A DNA stretch of 64,000 bases from Dehalococcoidia bacterium. Its GTDB lineage: Bacteria > Chloroflexota > Dehalococcoidia > Lucifugimonadales > VXLM01. Position 1 is the first letter of the stretch. Each line of letters starts with the position of its first letter. The notes below the pieces were generated by a model. The model worked only from the letters and a program-made list of their open reading frames with translations. It was not told the DNA's origin and did not search any database. This document shows positions 36,301 through 42,697 of the stretch, piece by piece. The stretch is taken from positions 935,064 to 999,063 of the forward strand of contig OZ251484.1 in assembly GCA_965242665.1 (NCBI GenBank), read 5' to 3'. The position numbers and the translations under genes were made by a program.

Positions 36301-38389
36301 TGTCGTGGGCGCGCAGGGCAAGCAGGATCTCGCCCAGTTCCTGCCAGCCCTCATCGGCGTCGCTATTTTTCAGCCAGCTTTCCGGGTCTGCGGACAGCGG
36401 TATCACGATGGGGCAGATGATGTATCCGAACTTCTTGTCGGGCGCGGTTCGCATGGCGCGCCCGACCGCCTGCACCACGTCTATCGGGCTCTTGCGCGCT
36501 TCCAGAAACGCCACCGCGCTGAGGGACGGGGAATCCGTCCCCTCGCCGAAGATACCCACGTTGATGATGCCGCGCGGCTCGTCGGAGGAAGCGGCTGCGA
36601 GCCGCGTCTTGGCGGCCTCGCGCTTGGCGGCGTCGCTGGAGGCGTCGAGATGCTCAAGGCTGTAATCGGCAACGTCGCGCCCGACCGCGTTCTCTGCGAG
36701 CCAGTCGGCAACCCACTCTTTCACCGTTTCGGTCTGCAGGTCGCGCGCCATGTTCTTGGACTTGTCCACCGTGTTCATGAAGGCGATGCAGGATTGTATG
36801 TCGACGTGGACGTCGTCGTCCTGAGTCTCGCTGCGCTGAGTCGCGCCGCCCATCGCCAGCGCAAAGGCGAGCCCGCGCAGATAGTGAGTCGTCGTCAGCC
36901 TGCGCCGCCCGACGCTCTGGGTGTTCTGCGCCAAGAAGTTCGACGTGTCGAACGCCGACTGCCCGTTGACGCCGACCGCGATGATGCGGTAGTCCGAAAG
37001 CCAGCTATTGCGGACGGCTTCCACGTAGCTCTTGCGATACAACTCCACGCCGAATGTCGTCTCGTCGTCCATCGAGCGCACAATCCAGTTCTCGTTTCGG
37101 ACGACGCGCTTGCCGTCGTAGATGCGCGGCGTGGCGGTCTGATAGACGCGGTACGTCGTCGGAAATCGGCTCTGGTCGTGGCAGACGGTAAAATCGCGGA
37201 CGCGCTTTTCCTCGCCGCTGGCCTTGGCGGATCCGGAGTTCCTGCGCTTCAGCCCGGCGGTCCGATGCGCCTCGTCCGCTATCAAGACGCGGGCGCGAAC
37301 ATCCGCTTCCAGCAGCGCCTCCGACACCTTGACGCTGCTCTGGTACGTCCCGATGAGAACCTTTATGGAAGACGAATCGAGCGCAGGTTGTAGCATCCAG
37401 TCGGCAATCTCGCCGGCGTCTGTTGTCACCCTGCCCTTGATTTCCGACTCGCTGACGTTGCCGATGTCAAGCGTCGGGTCGAGCGTGGCGTTGCGGCTGC
37501 CCTCTTTCTTGGGGTCGAAACCTCCCTTCGGGTCGAAGCCGGCGGTTTGGTCGGAGCAGACTGCGAGGACGTCCAGCGGGTCTTTGGCGTGTTGCAGATA
37601 CTCGCGCCGTATCTGCGCCACCAGCGCGATGGATGGGCAGAGAACGACGGACACCTCGCCCGGCGACGTCAGTTCTTCGACGATCCGCAGCGAAATGCGC
37701 GTTTTCCCCGTCCCGCACGGCAGGATGATTCTGCCGCGCGACTCGCCGACCGGCGAGCCGCCGCTGTCCGAATCCGCGTGTTCTTGGAGGATGCGGACAC
37801 TCGCGGCAACGGCGTGGTTCTGCATGCAGGTCTTCGTCTGAACGGCATCCTTATCGGCGGGATTGTCGCAGTGGGCGCAAAGCTCGTCGTAAGACGCCCA
37901 GGCGTCCAACTGCCAATTCAGGTCGTTGGTGATGTTGAAGAGCTTGATCGGCTTCCCCCGCGCGCCCGCAACCTGCCGCGCGCCGGGCGACGGCGAGACG
38001 TCGGCGTTGGATACGATCCAGCTCTCATGCCAAATCTCGCCCGAGGACATAGCCGCGAAACTGTCGCTTTCGCCCTTGTCAATCGGATTGCCGCGCCCTT
38101 CGGCGTCCAGCCTGCGCGCCTTGCACTGTATGGCGATATACTTGCGGTCGGAGCGCCGCAACGCGACTATGTCGATGCCGGTGTCTCCCGCCGTTGAACC
38201 CGGCAGATTCGCTTCTCTATACGGCCAGCCGCCCCAGCTCCAAGCTTGTTCAATGTCCCACTCCCGTATGAGCGGAGCGACCCGGACGACAAGGTCTTCA
38301 AGCCACTTCCCTTTCGTCTCTTGCGGACTCATCTCGCGAATCTCGGCGATTGCAGATTCGATGATTTCGCGTTCGTCGTCGGTTGGCAT
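33353..38389 (-). CDS. single-polypeptide Type ISP-like restriction-modification enzyme (Mrr-like nuclease, SF2 helicase motor, gamma-class N6-adenine methyltransferase, target-recognition region)
   Basis: The tracked ORF is 33353..38575 (1740 aa). I prefer the ATG at 38389, which has GAGGA 10 nt upstream (1678 aa). Nuclease: 'GIDIVALRRSDRKYIAIQCK'. Helicase: 'ILPCGTGKT', 'LIADEAHRTAG', 'YQTATPR' and 'GIFGEGTDSPSLSAVAFL..QAVGRAMR'. MTase: 'FFTRP', 'IMDPACGSGTLLAA' and 'VIMNPPFTNR'. A ~480-aa C-terminal region follows. Confidence 0.8.
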   Translation of the reverse strand: MPTDDEREIIESAIAEIREMSPQETKGKWLEDLVVRVAPLIREWDIEQAWSWGGWPYREANLPGSTAGDTGIDIVALRRSDRKYIAIQCKARRLDAEGRGNPIDKGESDSFAAMSSGEIWHESWIVSNADVSPSPGARQVAGARGKPIKLFNITNDLNWQLDAWASYDELCAHCDNPADKDAVQTKTCMQNHAVAASVRILQEHADSDSGGSPVGESRGRIILPCGTGKTRISLRIVEELTSPGEVSVVLCPSIALVAQIRREYLQHAKDPLDVLAVCSDQTAGFDPKGGFDPKKEGSRNATLDPTLDIGNVSESEIKGRVTTDAGEIADWMLQPALDSSSIKVLIGTYQSSVKVSEALLEADVRARVLIADEAHRTAGLKRRNSGSAKASGEEKRVRDFTVCHDQSRFPTTYRVYQTATPRIYDGKRVVRNENWIVRSMDDETTFGVELYRKSYVEAVRNSWLSDYRIIAVGVNGQSAFDTSNFLAQNTQSVGRRRLTTTHYLRGLAFALAMGGATQRSETQDDDVHVDIQSCIAFMNTVDKSKNMARDLQTETVKEWVADWLAENAVGRDVADYSLEHLDASSDAAKREAAKTRLAAASSDEPRGIINVGIFGEGTDSPSLSAVAFLEARKSPIDVVQAVGRAMRTAPDKKFGYIICPIVIPLSADPESWLKNSDADEGWQELGEILLALRAHDKRIEEELEHLLYLYLPEPPPVERAILAVVDPQTGLIEYSEFEGPVGAPEEGIERMLNAESREDVGANVIGESPMIPYKADEPTIVVAGKRNDDGSQEIRMDTVYREKPNADGERGAVDIEKTKSKAKDMLNKGSGRKVDPGERKKRNETDKPPKPCGTDDDVDKESVQRMLQLSGMDEDGSAIKMNLLAKSGLAGDRVTRDLNILEASVSDAARHLREDGLLPALNRHFGLDRLKTTSKAADGCTIAALLMMNAAMLHQRIFAGRWLSRVKDLATIKNDVDVIDQLIVQWSVILGVDFEAVLNPAIEVIFSVKRTGKLSGLERALRHIAAEAERIAETYADMGADHAGPLFNRVMGNQASDGAFFTRPVAAALAARLTLDACEEEEVDWSRPQTWRDHKIMDPACGSGTLLAALLVDMKRRAKEAGANDYALAALQKLAVEKTIKGLDINPVSLQLAASQLTAGNQSVRYRGMGLYQMPYGPDSDNPAKVSAGTLELLGQKKIVSQRTELDIEDDYIDSRAMCENADFELEDAVDAARNARIVIMNPPFTNRAKMGEKFAPDTQKKLRERVDQMESKLTQADHELVGFADKNSIAPLFVALADKCVGDKDGVLSTIHPTIALTNPSGLDERRILAQRYHIDTVLTCHQPGNVNLSQNAGLNESVIVMRRHDGPKPPTRFINLDKMPSDDSEVGDFHRCLQAVAGGQIPNGWGEVSYWDAERIEAGDWTPAIWRSPELAEVAARYADHPNLQRMGDTPGVQAHATGQVLRGNFQRSEAGISGSFPIMKGKGADSQSSIRSEPDEWWIPKSGAQSETDNLLQKAGHLLITAGQGNSSARLTSTASGERYVGNGWMPVTGLSETEAKAVAIFVNSTVGRLQLMRNPGKMLVFPQYSTTEAQNLRIPDVKDERILQILAACWERTRDMLVPQFRDGECEVRRLWDEAVVDAMGWDAAELGRLRRLLHREPHVRGLGYNQYADAPEG

Positions 38390-38462
38390 GAGCGCGTCGT
38401 CCTCTATTGGGATAATCCGGGCGTGATTGTACCACATGAAGGCGCGGACAGGAGCGCCCCCC

Positions 38463-38570
38463 GTCATTCCCCCGGGTCTCGTCATTCCCCCGGGTCTCGT
38501 CATTCCCCCGGGTCTCGTCATTCCCCCGGGTCTCGTCATTCCCCCGGGTCTCGTCATTCCCCCGGGTCTC
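38463..38570. repeat. 18-bp tandem repeat GTCATTCCCCCGGGTCTC x6
   Basis: Six perfect copies, followed by a seventh unit truncated into a canonical REP. It lies 75-180 nt upstream of the preferred start of the Type ISP-like gene. Read on the minus strand, each unit supplies an in-frame ATG, giving (MTRPGG)n. Confidence 0.95.
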
Positions 38571-38589
38571 GTCATTCCCGCCGCATCCC

Positions 38590-38613
38590 GTCATTCCCGC
38601 GTAGGCGGGAATC
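38590..38613. repeat. REP-like palindromic element
   Basis: GTCATTCCCGCGTAGGCGGGAATC. Confidence 0.9.
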
Positions 38614-38681
38614 TATTCTACCCCCTCGCGGACAGGAGCGCAAGCTCCCCAATCCCGCATCGACGCACGGACACCCCCCGT

Positions 38682-39437
38682 TTACGAGACCATCAAGTCG
38701 CCGCCGTTGATGTCGAGGGAGGCCCCGGTGATGTACGCAGCGCGGTCGGACGCGAGGAAGGCGACGAGCTCGGCCACCTCGGACGGATCGCAGATGCGGG
38801 AGATCGGAAAACTGGCCAGGTACGCATCCAGCCGCTCCGGAGAGACGTTCTGCTGCACCATCTCAGTGTTGACGAGTCCAGGGCAGACGGCGTTTACGGT
38901 GATGCCGTAGGGCGCGAACTCTTTCGCGGCTGCCCGGGTAAGGCCAAGTATTCCAGCCTTGGCCGCGGTATAATGGGGGCCGCCAAGCGTGCTGACCGCC
39001 TTGCCGGCCGTCGACGAAAAGTTGACGATCCTCCCCCAACCAGCCTGCTTCATGACTGGCAGCACCGCACGAGTGAACAGATACGTTCCCTTCATGTTCA
39101 CGTCGATGACGAGGTCCCACTCCTCCTCTTCCATGTCCGCGAGCGCGGTCGAGAACAGGATGCCAGCGTTGTTGACGAGGATGCCGATAGATCCAAACGC
39201 ATCCACGGCCAGCCGCACGACGGCATCCACATCCGCCTTGACAGTCACGTCTCCCGGAGCGGCCAGCGCCCCGCTGCCGAGCGCGTCCGCCACCGCCTGG
39301 GCGGCGTCCCCGTTCTTGTCGTTGACGACGACCTTGGCGCCGCCCTCGACGAGCCGCCGCGCCACTGCGCGGCCCATACCCTGCCCGCCGCCAGTAACGA
39401 CCGCAACCTTGCCCGAGAAATCATTGGTAACCTGCAT
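38682..39437 (-). CDS. SDR-family oxidoreductase (FabG-like)
   Basis: 'VAVVTGGGQGMGRA', 'NNAG' and the catalytic 'YTAAKAG'. 251 aa. Confidence 0.9.
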   Translation of the reverse strand: MQVTNDFSGKVAVVTGGGQGMGRAVARRLVEGGAKVVVNDKNGDAAQAVADALGSGALAAPGDVTVKADVDAVVRLAVDAFGSIGILVNNAGILFSTALADMEEEEWDLVIDVNMKGTYLFTRAVLPVMKQAGWGRIVNFSSTAGKAVSTLGGPHYTAAKAGILGLTRAAAKEFAPYGITVNAVCPGLVNTEMVQQNVSPERLDAYLASFPISRICDPSEVAELVAFLASDRAAYITGASLDINGGDLMVS

Positions 39438-39477
39438 CGCTATACTCCGAGGTATCTGCGGACGCGCAAAAGCGCGG

Positions 39478-40668
39478 CTAGGCGATTACGCCCTCTTCCC
39501 GACCCGCCTGCTCGAACACTGCGAGGGCGCGGTCGATCTGCTCCCGCGTGTGCGCCGCGGACATCTGCACGCGAATACGCGCCTCTCCGCGCGGCACCAC
39601 CGGAAAGCTGAACGCTACGACGAACACCCCGCGGGCGTTGACTGCCTGCGCCAGCGCGACGTTCTTCTTCTCGTCCCCGATCATGATGGGCACGATGGGA
39701 TGATCACCCTCCAGGATGTGGAAGCCTAGTTCGTTCATCCTCGAGCGAAAGTACGCGGTATTCTCATGGAGTCTCTCTCGCAGGTCTGGGCGTCGTTGGA
39801 TGATGTCGAGCGCAGTCAACGCGCCGACCACGATCGGCGGCGCTATCGTGTTGGAAAACAGATACGGACGAGAGCGCTGCCGCAGAATATCGACGATCTC
39901 CTTGCGACCCGTCGTAAACCCGCCAGACGCCCCGCCGAGCGCCTTGCCCATGGTGCTCGTAATCACGTCCACCCGATCGATCACCCCCTGCTTGTCGACG
40001 CTCCCACGCCCCGTCGGCCCCAAGAACCCCGTCGCGTGGGAGTCGTCCACCATGACCATCGCGTCGTAGGCATCCGCAAGGTCGCAGATGCTCACGAGGT
40101 CAGCCTCGTCTCCCTGCATGGAGAACACTCCATCCGTGGCGATCATACGAAACCGCGCACCCTGCGCCGCCTTCAACTGATCCTCGAGATCCCCCATGTC
40201 GTTGTGTCGGTAGACCTTTCGCTGTGCCTTGCACAAACGCACTCCGTCGATGATGCTCGCGTGGTTCAGCGCGTCGCTGATGATCGCGTCATCCGGTCCC
40301 AACACCGTCTCGAACAGCCCCGTGTTGGCATCGAAGCAAGACGTGTACAAGATAGTCGCCTCCGTCCCGAACCACGACGTGATCTTCTCCTCGAGCTCCT
40401 TGTGAATGTCCTGCGTCCCGCAGATGAACCGAACCGACGCCATACCAAACCCGTGCGTTCTCAACCCCTCCACTACTGCCTGTTCGATCTCCTCGCTGTC
40501 TGCCAACCCCAGATAGTTGTTGGCGCACATGATGAGTTCATGCCCTGCGGAGGTGTCTACCTCTGCGCCCTGCGGCGTCCTGATGACCTTCTCCTCCTTG
40601 TACAAGCCGCTCTCTCGAATGGAGTCGATCTCCGATTGCAAGAAGTCCTTCACTGCGGCGTATGCCAT
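39478..40668 (-). CDS. kbl: glycine C-acetyltransferase (2-amino-3-ketobutyrate CoA ligase)
   Basis: '[13 protein letters not shown]', 'NNYLGL', '[11 protein letters not shown]' and the PLP lysine context '[10 protein letters not shown]'. 396 aa. Confidence 0.9.
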   Translation of the reverse strand: MAYAAVKDFLQSEIDSIRESGLYKEEKVIRTPQGAEVDTSAGHELIMCANNYLGLADSEEIEQAVVEGLRTHGFGMASVRFICGTQDIHKELEEKITSWFGTEATILYTSCFDANTGLFETVLGPDDAIISDALNHASIIDGVRLCKAQRKVYRHNDMGDLEDQLKAAQGARFRMIATDGVFSMQGDEADLVSICDLADAYDAMVMVDDSHATGFLGPTGRGSVDKQGVIDRVDVITSTMGKALGGASGGFTTGRKEIVDILRQRSRPYLFSNTIAPPIVVGALTALDIIQRRPDLRERLHENTAYFRSRMNELGFHILEGDHPIVPIMIGDEKKNVALAQAVNARGVFVVAFSFPVVPRGEARIRVQMSAAHTREQIDRALAVFEQAGREEGVIA

Positions 40669-40761
40669 GCGGTTCTCCTTCCGGTGTTAGATTGGGTATG
40701 TATGAGACGCTAGATCGACAGAAGTGGTTCAGAAAACTGTCGATACTTTCCCTTAACGATG

Positions 40762-41526
40762 TTATAGCAAACCACCCGCCGACCATTGAGATTGCAAGTT
40801 CGGCAGGCGTTCATTTGCAAATTGAGTGAATCCCAGCACTCTGGGATTATGAGGGTACTTGGATTTAACCTCATCAAGAACGACTAAATGCAATCTATGC
40901 TCTTCACAGATCCCATTAATGTGACCCTTTGTCACTTTTCGATCAACAGTGACAAGAAAAACGTTGGGAGCGCGCAAGCTGACAAGCTCAGCGACGACTT
41001 GCCGCCAGCGCTCGCGTAGTGTACGTTTTAGTGAGGCTACTGCACACACTGTACTGTTCTCATCAAACGCTGCATGGCTGGGCAGGATGAAATCAGTTCT
41101 ATGTTCGCGGTGCTGTTGTTCAAATGGGAAACAAGCTAACTGCAAGAGGTAAGCGAACTGAGATTCGAAGCTCTTACCTCCACGAGACATCCGGCTCTGT
41201 GATACTGATGAGAATTCTTTGCGCAACTCAGGATATAGGTGAGAAAAAAGAACAAATATACCTTCCTTGAAACCCCGAGTTCTACTAGCATTCTCAGCTA
41301 GATGAAGCTCATCAGGGTTGTTGTCGAGCAAGCGCTTGGGAATATCTACAGAATTAACCTTCTGTTCGTATTGCTCATATAGAGCGAACATATGGACTTC
41401 TATGTTGCGCATGATACAGTCGAATGACTCACGAACATCTTCATGGGACATCCGGTCGTAACCAAGTTCACTGATGACTTCACGCATAAGATCATCAGTA
41501 GATGGAATTTTCTGAATTCTACCCAT
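40762..41526 (-). CDS. putative Type II restriction endonuclease (PD-(D/E)xK-like)
   Basis: 254-aa ORF in the AT-rich island. It overlaps the upstream methyltransferase gene by 8 nt. 'RGGKSFESQFAYLL..TDFILP..ASLKRTLRERWRQ' is compatible with a D..(S/E)xK nuclease core. The call rests mainly on context. Confidence 0.5.
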   Translation of the reverse strand: MGRIQKIPSTDDLMREVISELGYDRMSHEDVRESFDCIMRNIEVHMFALYEQYEQKVNSVDIPKRLLDNNPDELHLAENASRTRGFKEGIFVLFSHLYPELRKEFSSVSQSRMSRGGKSFESQFAYLLQLACFPFEQQHREHRTDFILPSHAAFDENSTVCAVASLKRTLRERWRQVVAELVSLRAPNVFLVTVDRKVTKGHINGICEEHRLHLVVLDEVKSKYPHNPRVLGFTQFANERLPNLQSQWSAGGLL

Positions 41527-42427
41527 TGAAAGGCCGTTGAAAGTCCAGTATATACTCGAAGGTTGTCCCCATCGTGATGTAGTTGCTAGGCCATCCGAAG
41601 ATGCCTATTCGGTTCACGATATTGGTTCTGTCCCAAATGATAATGTTCTTGAACAGGTATCCTGCCTTCTGCATCGCCTGAATTACGATGCTGTGCAAAG
41701 CAATACGTTGATCCTTTTGCCAGAGGTCATTCACGTTGATAACGCAGTGACCTCCCGGCTTGAGTATGGGAAGTAAATCAGCGTATATCTCCTCTATCGA
41801 CTTCCCATAACTGATAGGCTCTAGCGTTCCCAGATCTCGAACGTCTTGAGAATACTGCTCTACTTTCCCGAATTGCGGATTGTGTCTGTCAACACTACGT
41901 CGACTCTTATTGGTGCGCTGACGATTTAGCATGTTCGCATAAGGAGGCGATGCGAAGAAGAGCTTGACAGAATCAGGAGAAAAGTAACTCGAGAGATTTC
42001 TGGCATCTTGGACTATGGCTATCTGCTTGGATTCATGAGACACGGGAAGTCCAAGCCGTTGTTGGCTGAGAGTGATGTAGTCCTCAGAGAGGTCAGCGCC
42101 TACAGCATTCCGATCCAGCTCCCTTGCAGCAACTAGAGTAGTGCCACTGCCAACAAAGGGGTCAACTACGAGTTCCCCCTTATGTGTGAACATCTTGATA
42201 ACCTGGTGTGCTAGGGCAATCGGAAAGGTAGCGGGATGCACACTCTTATCCCGTATATCCTTGCTGCTGTAGCTAAACCTCCATACTCCCACTTGACTCT
42301 TTATCCATTCTTTCGCAGTCATACAGCTGAGATGTTTGGGCGGGCAACTGCAGGTTCGCTGGGAAGCGATGTCTATTGGTAGGTTGGATGGTAGTGTATG
42401 AGTTGATACTTTTGTCGCTAGTGTCAC
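41519..42427 (-). CDS. DNA methyltransferase (N4-C/N6-A type, SPPY motif)
   Basis: 'HPATFPIALAHQVIKMF..LVVDPFVGSGTTLVAA' (AdoMet site) precedes 'LFFASPPYANM' (catalytic). This is the opposite order to ORF 48..1376. The gene is AT-rich. The start may be the internal Met at 42322. Confidence 0.85.
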   Translation of the reverse strand: MTLATKVSTHTLPSNLPIDIASQRTCSCPPKHLSCMTAKEWIKSQVGVWRFSYSSKDIRDKSVHPATFPIALAHQVIKMFTHKGELVVDPFVGSGTTLVAARELDRNAVGADLSEDYITLSQQRLGLPVSHESKQIAIVQDARNLSSYFSPDSVKLFFASPPYANMLNRQRTNKSRRSVDRHNPQFGKVEQYSQDVRDLGTLEPISYGKSIEEIYADLLPILKPGGHCVINVNDLWQKDQRIALHSIVIQAMQKAGYLFKNIIIWDRTNIVNRIGIFGWPSNYITMGTTFEYILDFQRPFNG

Positions 42428-42697
42428 GATTTTCCTTCTATGTGTCGTTCAATAGCAGGGTAAATCTATTTGAGTCGAAATTTCAATGCGGGCCACCTTG
42501 CCATCCGGCCCGCCGTGTGTTGCTCACTTGTGCGCTCCAAGGATATCTCTGCCCCGCAGTATACCATATCCGGCCGATGCGTGTCATCCAGCTCCAACAA
42601 TGTTCCCCCATAGAGTAGTATGCCCAAAGCAGGATTTCAACGGGCCGCCCCTCGCTTGGGCATATGAAGCCCCCTGTCGTTCCCGCGCAGATCGAGG

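Noticed and set aside
38390-38575. N-terminal (MTRPGG)x6 extension of the giant ORF as the annotated start
   Set aside because: The extension is encoded by the 18-bp REP-derived tandem repeat. The ATG at 38389 has a good GAGGA ribosome-binding site, and the nuclease domain begins shortly after it. It is kept as a finding because translation cannot be excluded.
42428-42697. 270-bp gap upstream of the Type II MTase as a site for a controller (C) protein or attachment site
   Set aside because: There is no small helix-turn-helix ORF on the correct strand, no convincing inverted or direct repeats matching the other island border, and no tRNA.
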